A stretch of DNA of 64,000 nucleotides from positions 1,223 through 65,222 of the forward strand of contig DATAGU010000095.1 of NCBI GenBank assembly GCA_036263495.1, read 5' to 3'. A program made the position numbers and the translations under genes. This DNA comes from Polyangia bacterium. Lineage in GTDB: Bacteria; Myxococcota_A; Polyangia; Palsa-1104; SHYY01. This document shows positions 13,501-22,260 of the stretch, in pieces. The notes under the pieces are model-generated. The model had not been told where the DNA came from. It saw only the letters and a list, made by a program, of their open reading frames with translations, and made no database searches. Numbering within the stretch: the stretch's first letter is position 1; every line of letters begins with the position of its first letter.

Positions 13501-15758
13501 GCCTGGAGGTTGAGACGGGCGATCGCCTCGCGCTCCTCGGGCTCGGCGATGAGGTCGATGCCGAGGTCGAGCTGATGGACGATGTCGAAGAGGCGCTCCT
13601 CGCGCTCCTGCTCCGTGAGGGTGGAGAGGAGCAGGCGGCCGATGCGCAGGTGGACCTCGCTGCGCTTGTCGGGTGGGATGAGGGCATGGGCGGCCTGCTG
13701 GATCCGATCGTGCTGGAAGCGATAGGAGATGCGCAGGCCGGCGATCTCGTCGGGCTCGAGCTCCGCGGCGATCCGATGGGTGTCGCCGACGGGCAGGAGC
13801 AGGCCCTCGTGGAGGGCCTCGCCGAGCAACTGCAGGGTCTCGGCCTCGCCGCGCTCGTGGATGCGGGCCAGGATGTTGAGCTCGAACACGTTGCCGATGC
13901 AGGAGGCGAGCTTGAGCGCCTCTTGCGTCTCCTCGCCGAGCCTGGCCATGCGCTCGATCAAGAGGTGGACGAGGTTGTCGGTGATGCCCTGGGCCTCGAT
14001 CCGGGCCTCGTCCCAGCGCCACTGGCGACTCTGGTGATCGAGCTCGAGCAGGTGCTCGCGATGGAGGGTCTTGAGGAACTCGTTGACGAAGAACGGGTTG
14101 CCCTGGGTCTTGCGCACGACCAGGCGGGCGAGGGGCGCGGCGCGCGCGGCCTCGCAGTGCAGGGTGTCGGCGACGAGCCGGGTGATCTCGGGGAGCGCGA
14201 GCGGTCCGAGGGTGATCCGCCGGGGGCTGACGCCGGCGGCCCGGAGTCGGTCGATGGTGATGCTGAGGGGATGCGCGGCGTCGATCTCGTTGTCGCGGTA
14301 GGCGAGGATGATGAGCAGGTGGCCGACCGCGCCCTGGGTGAGCAGGGTCTCGATGAGCTGCAGGGTGGCGCCGTCGGCCCACTGCATGTCGTCGAGGAGC
14401 AAGGCGAGGGGGTGACGCGCGGTGGCGAACACGCCGATGAAGGCGATGATCGCCAGGTTGAAGCGGTTCTGGGTCTCGCCCGGGCCGAGATCCAGGACCG
14501 GCGGGGTGGGGCCGAGGATGAGCTCGATCTCGGGGATGACGTCGGCGATGAGGCGGGCGTTCTTGCCGAGGGCCGCGGTGAGGTGCTCGCGCCAGCGGGC
14601 GATCTCGGCCTCGGGCTCGGTGAGGATCTGGCGCACGAGGTCGCGGAAGGCCTGGGTGATGGTGGCGTAGGGGATGCCGCGCCGGTACTGGTCGAACTTG
14701 CCGGCGCCGAACAGGCCGCGCGTGGCGACGATGGGGCGGTGCAGCTCGTGGACGAGCGAGGACTTGCCGATGCCCGAGTAGCCGGCGATCAGGATGAGGG
14801 CCGGGGGGCCGGGCTCGACGATCGAAGCGAAGGTGTCGAGGAGGGCCGCGACCTCGCGATCCCGGCCGTAGAGCTTTTGCGGAATGTGGAAGCGCTCGGA
14901 GACGTCGTGCGTGGCGAGCGGGAAGGGGTCGATGTGGCCGGTGGCCACGAGCCGGTCGCGGCAGATCTCGAGGTCGTGCTGGAGCCCGCGCGCCGACTGG
15001 TACCGATCCTCGGCTCCCTTGGCGAGGAGCTTCATGACGATGTCCGACAAGGGGGCCGGGACGTCGGGGCACAGCGCCAAGGGGGGCCGCGGCGTCCGGG
15101 CGAGGTGGCAGTGCACCCATTCCATGGGGTCATTGGCGCTGAAGGGGAGCTGGCCGGTGAGGAGCTGGTAGTAGGTGACGCCGAGCGAATACAGGTCGGT
15201 GCGGTCGTCGATGGACCGGTTCATGCGGCCGGATTGCTCCGGGGACATGTAGGCGAGCGTGCCTTCGATGAGGCTCGGGTTCTGGACCGCCTGGTGCTCG
15301 GCAGGCAGGCGAGAGGCGATGCCGAAGCCGGTGAGCTTGACCTCCCCGGTGCGGGGATCGAGGAGGATGTTCTCCGGCTTGATGTCCTTGTGGATGACGT
15401 TGTGCTCGTGGACCGCGGCGAGGGCCCGGGCGGTGGCGATGGCGATCGGCAAGAAGCGCACCGGCGGCAGCGGGCCGCCGGTGAGGCGATCCAGCGGCTC
15501 GCCGCCGAAGTCCTCGAGGACGAGCGCGGGTTGATCGCGAAAGGATTCGAGCGCGATGGGGCGGACGGCGGCGAGCGCGAGCTCACGGGCGATGGCGAGC
15601 TCATGGCGCAGGCGCTGGAGGTCACGCAGGGGGAGACGGGGGGATCGGTAGGTCTTGAGGAGGACGGGCTGCCCTCCGGGTCGTCTCACGGCGCGGTAGA
15701 GGGCCCCTTCCCCTTCCTGGAGCCGTTGCGTGATCTCAAAATCAGACATCGTGGGTGG
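10551..15758 (-). CDS. Multidomain sensor: Ser/Thr kinase + STAND-type AAA ATPase + TPR/helical region + GAF + HisKA + HATPase_c
   Basis: An N-terminal kinase domain is present ([21 protein letters not shown]). It is followed by a P-loop ([14 protein letters not shown]), a long helical region and a GAF-like segment. The C-terminus carries H-box (HELRNPI) and G-box ([34 protein letters not shown]) histidine-kinase motifs. The start is trimmed to ATG 15758 (MSDFEITQ), which has an AGGAGA SD. Confidence 0.9.
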   Translation of the reverse strand, partial: [1735 protein letters not shown]

Positions 15759-16005
15759 ATTCTCCTCTTGAACGACGCCCGTGCACGGCGCCATGGTAGA
15801 GGCATGCCAGCCGGCGGGTCAGGCAGATCCCCTGAATGAGCCAGGGCGCACGGACATGACTCCTGTATCTTTTCTTCGATGGAAGGCAGATCGAGCATAG
15901 CGATGCCGCTACTCGCGCGCATCCATGGGAACCCATGCGGGTGAAGCTCGTGGTGAGCGCAGGCCGGGAGGCCCGCGCGGCTCTACAAGAGGAGGTCAGG
16001 CCACG

Positions 16006-16395
16006 ATGATGCTCTCGGGAGACCCAGACTCCGGCTCCATCCTCGTCGTGGACGACGAGGAGGACATCCGCCAGCTGCTCGGTCAGCTCCTCACGATGGA
16101 AGGCTACGAGGTGATGGTCGCGGAGAGCGGATCGAATGCGCTGACCTGCCTGCGCGCCAATCCCCAGGCCGTGAGGCTCATCCTCCTCGACCTCATGATG
16201 CCGGGCATGAACGGCTGGCAGTTCCGCACCGAACAGCTGAAGGATCCCGCGCTGGCCGCCATTCCGGCCGTGGTGATGACCGGGGCCGGGCTCAAGGCCG
16301 AGGACATGAAGGCCCTCGGCTCGTGCGAGGTCCTGTTCAAGCCCGTGAACGTCGACACGCTGTTCGAGCGGATCAAGCGCTACGTGCCGGGGTGA
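16006..16395 (+). CDS. Single-domain response regulator (CheY-like receiver)
   Basis: Receiver motifs are visible (ILVVDDEEDIR...LLDLMMPGMNG...KPV). An AGGAGG SD lies 10 nt upstream of ATGATG at 16006. Confidence 0.8.
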   Translation: MMLSGDPDSGSILVVDDEEDIRQLLGQLLTMEGYEVMVAESGSNALTCLRANPQAVRLILLDLMMPGMNGWQFRTEQLKDPALAAIPAVVMTGAGLKAEDMKALGSCEVLFKPVNVDTLFERIKRYVPG

Positions 16396-17416
16396 CGCCG
16401 CTCACGGCCTCGATGAGGGCCATCGCCACCCGCTCGGCGCCGCGGCCGTCCACGAGCGCCGGCCCGGCCTCGCTCATGCGCCGCCGTAGCGCCGGATCCT
16501 GGCACAGGCGGGCCACGGCCTGGGTGAGCCGCTGCCCCATCTCCGGCGCCGCCGCCTGACCGACCGCGTGCAGCGTACCGGCGCGCGCGAAGCCGGCGAG
16601 GAGGACGCGCTGATTGTCTGCTAGCTCGAGCGCCACCGCGGGCACGCCCGCCGCCGCCAGCTCGAAGGTGGTTTGTCCGCCGGCAGACACGGCCAGATCG
16701 GCCTCACGCAGGAGCGGCGCGAGATCGGGGAGCGCCCGATGGAGTCGGATCCGTCCAGGGTGCGCCAGGGCGAACGCCTCCAGCGTCTCCGCCGCGCCAA
16801 AGAGCGGGCCGAGCACCACGTCGATCACCACGCCCTCGGGCAGCGCGCCGAGGAGGTGCCGCACCACCGCGTCCGTGTGCCCGGCAGGGTCCGCGCCGCC
16901 GAGCGTCACGAGGACCCGCTCCACCGCCGTCCGGAACGCGACGGGACGCCGCAGGTCGCGGAAGCTCGGGCGCAGGAGCGCGTAGGCCGGACCGAACAAC
17001 GTGCGGCAGTTCGCGCCGAGGCGATACGGCAGGCGGGCCACGTCCACGGCCCCGTTCTGCACCAGGTCGGCCTCGAGGGTGCGATCGGCGAGGTCATCGA
17101 TCACGAGCAGGGGCACCTCGGGCCGCAGCGCGCGGAAGTAGGCCTCGTCGAGCGCGTAGCTGTCCGCAACCAGCGCCGCCGGCCGCTCCCGCGCGACCTG
17201 CTGGAGGCTCCACCCGGGCTCGCGCGCCTCCCCGCTCACCGCCACCGGCACGTACCCGGCCGCGCGCACGACCTCGAGCGCCGCGGCGTCGCCGTCGAGC
17301 CAGAAGCGCGGCTCGAAGCCGCGCGCCGCGAGCTCGCCGGCCAGGGTCAGGCAGCGCCGCAGGTGTCCGAAGCCGATGCCCTTGCCGGCGGTGGTGCGAA
17401 ACGCGATCGAGCTCAT
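16373..17416 (-). CDS. pseG: UDP-2,4-diacetamido-2,4,6-trideoxy-beta-L-altropyranose hydrolase-like (PseG)
   Basis: The N-terminus (IAFRTTAGKGIGFGHLRRCLTLA) and a mid-protein GGAD motif match the PseG/GT28-like family. It sits directly downstream of pseB and pseC. Confidence 0.7.
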   Translation of the reverse strand: MSSIAFRTTAGKGIGFGHLRRCLTLAGELAARGFEPRFWLDGDAAALEVVRAAGYVPVAVSGEAREPGWSLQQVARERPAALVADSYALDEAYFRALRPEVPLLVIDDLADRTLEADLVQNGAVDVARLPYRLGANCRTLFGPAYALLRPSFRDLRRPVAFRTAVERVLVTLGGADPAGHTDAVVRHLLGALPEGVVIDVVLGPLFGAAETLEAFALAHPGRIRLHRALPDLAPLLREADLAVSAGGQTTFELAAAGVPAVALELADNQRVLLAGFARAGTLHAVGQAAAPEMGQRLTQAVARLCQDPALRRRMSEAGPALVDGRGAERVAMALIEAVSGVTPARSA

Positions 17417-17450
17417 CCCGCGGGCCGCTCCGGTGACGGACCCGAGGAGT

Positions 17451-18590
17451 TCATCCCAGCACCTCGCGCAGCGCCGCGATCACCCGGTCCACGTCCTCGT
17501 CCGTGAGCGAGGGGAAGAGCGGCAGGGACAGGAGCCGCTCGGCCGCGGCCGCGGCCACGGGCGTGGTCTGGGGATCGTGGCCGAGCTGGCGATACAGCGG
17601 GAAGTCGCTCACCAGGATGTAGTGCACCTGCGGCCGGATGCGCTGCTGCTCGAGGCGCGCGTAGACCTCGCGCCGGAGCCCCGGGGGCCCCTCCAGCACC
17701 ACCGCCATGAGGTGCCACGCCGGCTCGGCCCCCGGGGTGTCCTCCAGGAGCCGGACCCGCGGGCAACCGATGAGCCCCTCGCGGTAGCGCGCCACGATCG
17801 CGCGGCGCCGGGCCACGAAGCGCCCGAGCTTGGCGAGCTGGCTGCGCCCGAGCGCAGCATGGATGTCCGACAGCCGATAGTTGAAGCCGAGCGACTGGAT
17901 CTCGTAGTACCAGGGGCCATCGTACCGGGCCAGCCGGGCCCGATCGCGCACGAGGCCGTGGTTGCGAAAATCGCGCGTCCGCTCGGCCAGGCCGTCATCG
18001 CCGGTCAGGACCGCCCCGCCCTCGCCCGTGGTGATGGTCTTGACCGGGTGGAAAGAGAAGGTCGTCAGGTGGGCGAGCGATCCCACGGGCCGGCCGCGAT
18101 ACGACCCGCCCACCGAGTGCGCCGCGTCCTCCACGAGGAGGAGCCCACGCCGCTCGGCGAGGGCCGCGAAGCGGTCCATGTCCGCCGGGTTGCCGGCGAA
18201 GTCCACGGGCGCGATGATCTTGGTGCGGGGCGTGATCGCCCGCTCCACGGCCTCGGGATCGAGACACAGCGTGCTCTCGAGCACGTCGGCGAACACCGGA
18301 CGGGCGCCGAGCGCGAGCGCCATGTTGGCCGTGGCGCTGAAGGTGAGCGGCGAGGTCACCACCTCGTCGCCGGGTCCGAGCCCGGCCGCGGCATAGGCGG
18401 CATGGAGCGCGGCCGTGCCGTTCGACACCGCCACCGCCTGCTTCACCCCGCACGACGCGGCGAGCTCCTTCTCGAACGCCTCGACCTCCGGGCCGGTGGT
18501 GAGGTAGTCCGAGCGCAGCACGCGGGCCACGGCCGCGACGTCGTCCTCCTCGATCGTCTGCCGGCCATACGGCAGCCAGCGCTCGCTCAT
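17451..18590 (-). CDS. pseC: DegT/DnrJ/EryC1 PLP-dependent aminotransferase (PseC-like)
   Basis: Family signatures MSERWLPYGRQTIEEDD...TTGPEV..FE and SFHPVKTIT are present. The listed 735-aa ORF 17451..19658 is an artefact. The true start is the ATG at 18590, which overlaps the pseB stop by 4 nt. Confidence 0.8.
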   Translation of the reverse strand: MSERWLPYGRQTIEEDDVAAVARVLRSDYLTTGPEVEAFEKELAASCGVKQAVAVSNGTAALHAAYAAAGLGPGDEVVTSPLTFSATANMALALGARPVFADVLESTLCLDPEAVERAITPRTKIIAPVDFAGNPADMDRFAALAERRGLLLVEDAAHSVGGSYRGRPVGSLAHLTTFSFHPVKTITTGEGGAVLTGDDGLAERTRDFRNHGLVRDRARLARYDGPWYYEIQSLGFNYRLSDIHAALGRSQLAKLGRFVARRRAIVARYREGLIGCPRVRLLEDTPGAEPAWHLMAVVLEGPPGLRREVYARLEQQRIRPQVHYILVSDFPLYRQLGHDPQTTPVAAAAAERLLSLPLFPSLTDEDVDRVIAALREVLG

Positions 18591-19606
18591 GCCGCGCCTC
18601 CCGCGCCGAGGCCGAGGTGGGCGATCATGTCCGCCAGCTCCTTGCGGCTGAGCCAGCGGTCGTTGGTGTCCGAGGCATAGCGGAAGCCGTCGGGGCAGCG
18701 CTTGGAGCCCGGCCACGCCGCGAGCTCGAAGGGGCTGAACTGCGGCATGATGATGAAGCGGTCGGAGCACTCGAGGGTGTGGCGCGCGTCGTCGTCCGGC
18801 ACCATCACCTCGTGCAGCTTCTCGCCCGGCCGGATGCCCACGATCTCGGTCTTGCACTCGGGGGCGAGGGCCTGGGCCAGGTCCATGATGTTCATGGACG
18901 GGATCTTGGGCACGAACAGCTCCCCGCCCTGCATGCGCTGGAGGCAGTCGATGACGAACTCCACGCCCTGCTCGAGCGTGATCCAGAAGCGCGTCATGCG
19001 CGGGTCGGTGATGGGCAGCACCCCGGTCTTGCGGCGCTCGAGGAAGAACGGGATCACGCTGCCGCGGCTCCCGACCACGTTGCCGTAGCGCACCACCGCC
19101 AGGCGCGTGCGCCGCTCGGCGCTCACGTACACGTTGCCGGCGATGAACAGCTTGTCCGAGCACAGCTTGGTCGCGCCGTAGAGGTTCACCGGGTTGGCCG
19201 CCTTGTCCGTGGACAGCGCGATCACCCGCTCGACCCCCTGGTCGATGGCCTCGGTGATCACGTTCTCGGCGCCGAGGATGTTGGTCTTGATGGCCTCGAA
19301 CGGGTTGTACTCCGCGGCCGGCACCTGCTTGAGCGCCGCCGCGTGCACGACCACGTCGATGCCGGCGAAGGCGCGGTGCAGGCGGTCGCGGTCGCGCACG
19401 TCGCCGATGAAGTAGCGCAGGACGGGCGAGCGGAAGGCCGGCGTCTGCTGCATCTCGAACTGCTTGAGCTCGTCGCGGCTGAAGACGATCAGCTTCTTGA
19501 GCCGCAGGTGCTCGAGCGCGTGCTTGATGAAACGCTTGCCGAACGAACCGGTTCCACCAGTGATGAGCAGGGATTTGCCTTCGAGCGAGTACATCGGCAT
19601 CGACAT
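18587..19606 (-). CDS. pseB: UDP-N-acetylglucosamine 4,6-dehydratase (inverting), PseB/FlaA1-like
   Basis: The Rossmann motif GKSLLITGGTGSFGK is present, with a PseB/CapD-like body (YGATKLCSDKLF). The start is trimmed to ATG 19606 (MSMPMYS), which has a GAGG SD. Confidence 0.8.
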   Translation of the reverse strand: MSMPMYSLEGKSLLITGGTGSFGKRFIKHALEHLRLKKLIVFSRDELKQFEMQQTPAFRSPVLRYFIGDVRDRDRLHRAFAGIDVVVHAAALKQVPAAEYNPFEAIKTNILGAENVITEAIDQGVERVIALSTDKAANPVNLYGATKLCSDKLFIAGNVYVSAERRTRLAVVRYGNVVGSRGSVIPFFLERRKTGVLPITDPRMTRFWITLEQGVEFVIDCLQRMQGGELFVPKIPSMNIMDLAQALAPECKTEIVGIRPGEKLHEVMVPDDDARHTLECSDRFIIMPQFSPFELAAWPGSKRCPDGFRYASDTNDRWLSRKELADMIAHLGLGAGGAA

Positions 19607-19892
19607 GTGGGGGAGGCCTCCGGTGCCCCAGGCTACGTGGTTCGCCGGGAGGGCGCAAATGATCCGGACTCGCGGGACCCCACGGGTCCGGGGCGGGAGC
19701 AGCCCCTTGCGCCGGCGCCCGGATTGCCCGCGTCCGGGCGATGCTCTATCGTCGCCTGTAAAGCCTGCCAGGATCGCGATCATGACGACGAAATGCCTCG
19801 AGGCCCTGAAGTCAGCCGTCTTTCACGGTCCGTGGCCCAGCCCCTGGCTCGGCCCCTCGTCCCGACCCTGGCCCGGGACCTGGGCGTATCCG

Positions 19893-20567
19893 ATGCTGGC
19901 CGCCGTGGGTCTCTTCTTGTCTGCCGCCGGCTGCCATGAGTTCGATCCGGCGGCCTATCTCGCCGTTTGCAGCGACGGCCGCGCCATCGCCCAGGCGCCG
20001 CCGTACGATCCACAGAAGGGCCCGGACCCCGACGTCCCCGTCTTCACGGCCCTCAAGGATCAGGAGGCCAAGCGCTGGCTCTGGAACCAGGACCTCCTCA
20101 CCAAGTCCCTCCGCGAGGCGGGCCTCGCCCCGGCGACGCGACAGAACTACGAGCGCGCCGCGCTGGTCCTGTGCGTGGAGCAGACCGAGGAGACCTTGGC
20201 GCGCGAGTGCTACATCGACGACGTGACCCTGCAGCTCTACAATGCCCGCTATCGCGCCACCCTGCGCGAGGCCAAGACCGGGCGTGTCCTCGAGACGCGC
20301 GCCTACGAGGCGCGCAACTTCAAGTGCCCGCGCAACGCCCGCGTCTCCTTCTCGGAGACCTCGCCCAAGCGCTATCCCCCGCCCGCGTCCTATCAGGGCG
20401 AGCTCCGGGCCTTGCTCGGGCCCCACGTTCCGCCCCCCGTGTGCGACCGGCTCCAGTCGCAGCAGCCACCGCCGCAGCAGCAACCACAGCAGCAACCCCA
20501 GCAACAACCATCGCAGCAACCTCCATCGCAGCAACCTCCACAGCAGCAGCAACCCAAGCAGCCCTGA
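19893..20567 (+). CDS. Putative lipoprotein with Gln/Pro-rich C-terminal tail
   Basis: A lipobox (MLAAVGLFLSAAGC) is present and the C-terminus is a QQPPQQQPQ repeat. The start is uncertain; upstream in-frame alternatives exist. Confidence 0.45.
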   Translation: MLAAVGLFLSAAGCHEFDPAAYLAVCSDGRAIAQAPPYDPQKGPDPDVPVFTALKDQEAKRWLWNQDLLTKSLREAGLAPATRQNYERAALVLCVEQTEETLARECYIDDVTLQLYNARYRATLREAKTGRVLETRAYEARNFKCPRNARVSFSETSPKRYPPPASYQGELRALLGPHVPPPVCDRLQSQQPPPQQQPQQQPQQQPSQQPPSQQPPQQQQPKQP

Positions 20568-20737
20568 TCCCGCCGCCGCTCGCTCCTTCCCCCTCCAGCC
20601 CCTGAATCACTCTCGATCGCCCTCACGGGTGGTCCACGTCCTGCAAAGCGAACCCGCCGAATCGCTGTTGTCTGTATCTGACAGCGGCTCCACGCCTGCA
20701 GGCGTCTGCGCCTGCGCAGCAGAGAGGAGATGAGTCG

Positions 20738-21556
20738 GTGAGCAAGCGAGTCGCAGGGATCTTCATGATGGTTGTCGGTCTGGTGGCATGGGGAGCGTCT
20801 CGGGCGGAGGCGCAGAGCGGCGGCGAAGGGGCGCTGTGCGGCAGCCGCGGGCTCCAGCCCTGCGGTGCGGGGCTGCGCTGCATGGGCGGGCGGCCCGAAG
20901 TGGACGTCCCCGGTACCTGCCAGCGGCCGGGGCAGGGCACGAGCCAGCGCGAGTCCTACTACCTCATTGTCGCGCGGGATCTGCGCCGTTGCGCGTCGCC
21001 TTTTTGCGGCGGCTTCTTCATCTCGCTGGCCAACCAGAAGACGATGCAGTGCCCCAACGGGGGTGTCAGCGCCACCTGTTACGTCGCCGGCGTCGATCTC
21101 TCGGCCATGGGGCTCGATCCCGGCCAGGCGGCCACGGTGATCGCGGGGAACACCGTCGTGCTCGGCCGGCTCGCCCCGCGGCGCGGGTTCCAGGGCGTGT
21201 CGGATCTCGTGGGCCGCGCGGCCTGGCGCGCGCCGACGGACACGCGGCCGACCGAGCCGCTCTACCGCGCCGAGTTCGACGGCCGGGTGTGCATCACCTT
21301 CCCCTGCCCGAACATCGACGAGGAGAAGCTCAACACCCATGAGCGGCAGACGGTGAGCGACGTCGACCTCACGACCGCCCCGGGGACGGACGAGGATCGC
21401 GAGCACGGGCAGGACGCCATCTACACCCGCGGGCAGGGGCTCATCGCGTCGGGGCACAACGTGGTGGTGGAGGACGCCGGCCCCGCCGGCGACGCCGAGG
21501 TGCTCCAGGCCGAGCAGTTCTTCCTCCCGGTGACGCCCAAGGTGACGTCACCGTAA
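20738..21556 (+). CDS. Secreted Cys-rich protein of unknown function
   Basis: It uses a GTG start with an AGAGAGGAG SD. A signal peptide is present (MMVVGLVAWGASRAEA). Cys-rich modules follow (CGSRGLQPCGAGLRCMGG...GTCQ). Confidence 0.55.
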   Translation: MSKRVAGIFMMVVGLVAWGASRAEAQSGGEGALCGSRGLQPCGAGLRCMGGRPEVDVPGTCQRPGQGTSQRESYYLIVARDLRRCASPFCGGFFISLANQKTMQCPNGGVSATCYVAGVDLSAMGLDPGQAATVIAGNTVVLGRLAPRRGFQGVSDLVGRAAWRAPTDTRPTEPLYRAEFDGRVCITFPCPNIDEEKLNTHERQTVSDVDLTTAPGTDEDREHGQDAIYTRGQGLIASGHNVVVEDAGPAGDAEVLQAEQFFLPVTPKVTSP

Positions 21557-21685
21557 CGTCCCCTCCGCGCGCCCCGCCGCACCCCGCCAGTCATCCCCGC
21601 CCTGCCCGCTCGCTCCCCGCCGCTCGCGACCCGCCTGCTCCCCTTCGGAGCCGCTCCTCTGCCGGTCGACGCCGGCGAGAAATAC

Positions 21686-21699
21686 TTGCGATCACGCAA
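21686..21699. promoter_or_regulatory. Inverted repeat TTGCG-N4-CGCAA, a candidate MarR operator overlapping a -35-like hexamer
   Basis: The sequence is TTGCGatcaCGCAA, located ~60 bp upstream of the MarR start in an AT-richer stretch. Confidence 0.3.
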
Positions 21700-21760
21700 T
21701 CAATGCACTAAAGAAATCATCGTGGGCACGCAAGGAAGTCGTCGCCTCCTCGGCTCGCCG

Positions 21761-22156
21761 ATGGAGCGGTTCACCCGGATGATGTTCACCCGCATCATCA
21801 CCGGGCTGGCGCGCACGCTGCGAGACGAGGAGTTCACCGTGGCCCAGATCGCGGCCCTGCACCTGGTCGATCAGGAGGGCACGCTGCGGGTGAGCGCGCT
21901 GGCCGAGGCGCTCGGGCTGTCGGCGTCGGCGGGCAGCCGCCTGGTCGATGGGCTGGTGCAGCGGGGCCTCTTGACGCGCGCCGAGGACCCGCAGGATCGC
22001 CGCGCCCGCGTGATCTCGCTCAGCGACGACGGGCGCCGCTTCATCGAGCGCGCGAGCATCGAGCGCGTGGCCGTGGTCGAGGAGTCCGCCCGGTCGTTGC
22101 CAGGCCGCCTGAGCGAGCTGATGTCCGCGGTCCTGGCCGAGTTCCGCCGCCGCTAG
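21761..22156 (+). CDS. MarR-family transcriptional regulator
   Basis: A winged-HTH pattern is present (VAQIAALHLVDQEGTLRVSALAEALGLSASAGSRLVDGLVQRGLLTRAEDPQDRRARVISLSDDG). Confidence 0.8.
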   Translation: MERFTRMMFTRIITGLARTLRDEEFTVAQIAALHLVDQEGTLRVSALAEALGLSASAGSRLVDGLVQRGLLTRAEDPQDRRARVISLSDDGRRFIERASIERVAVVEESARSLPGRLSELMSAVLAEFRRR

Positions 22157-22260
22157 AGCGAGCGACGGCAGCGCTACATCGCGGAGCGGTCCGCGCCGGA
22201 CACGTGTGCCCGGCGTGCAGGGGACCGCTCTGCTCACAGAAGGGATCAAGGAGGTCTCTC

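Noticed and set aside
10665-15839. 1724-aa plus-strand ORF
   Set aside because: It is antisense to the motif-rich kinase/HK gene and Gly/Ala/Asp/Glu/Val-dominated. This is the classic high-GC shadow frame.
17451-19658. 735-aa ORF
   Set aside because: It is a fusion artefact. Only the C-terminal 379 aa (from MSERWLPYG, ATG 18590) is the aminotransferase. The upstream part is an out-of-frame shadow of pseB.
19464-19892. Long N-terminal extension of the Q/P-rich lipoprotein ORF and the 18617..19939(+) ORF
   Set aside because: They are antisense or overlapping to pseB, and the signal peptide begins only at 19893.
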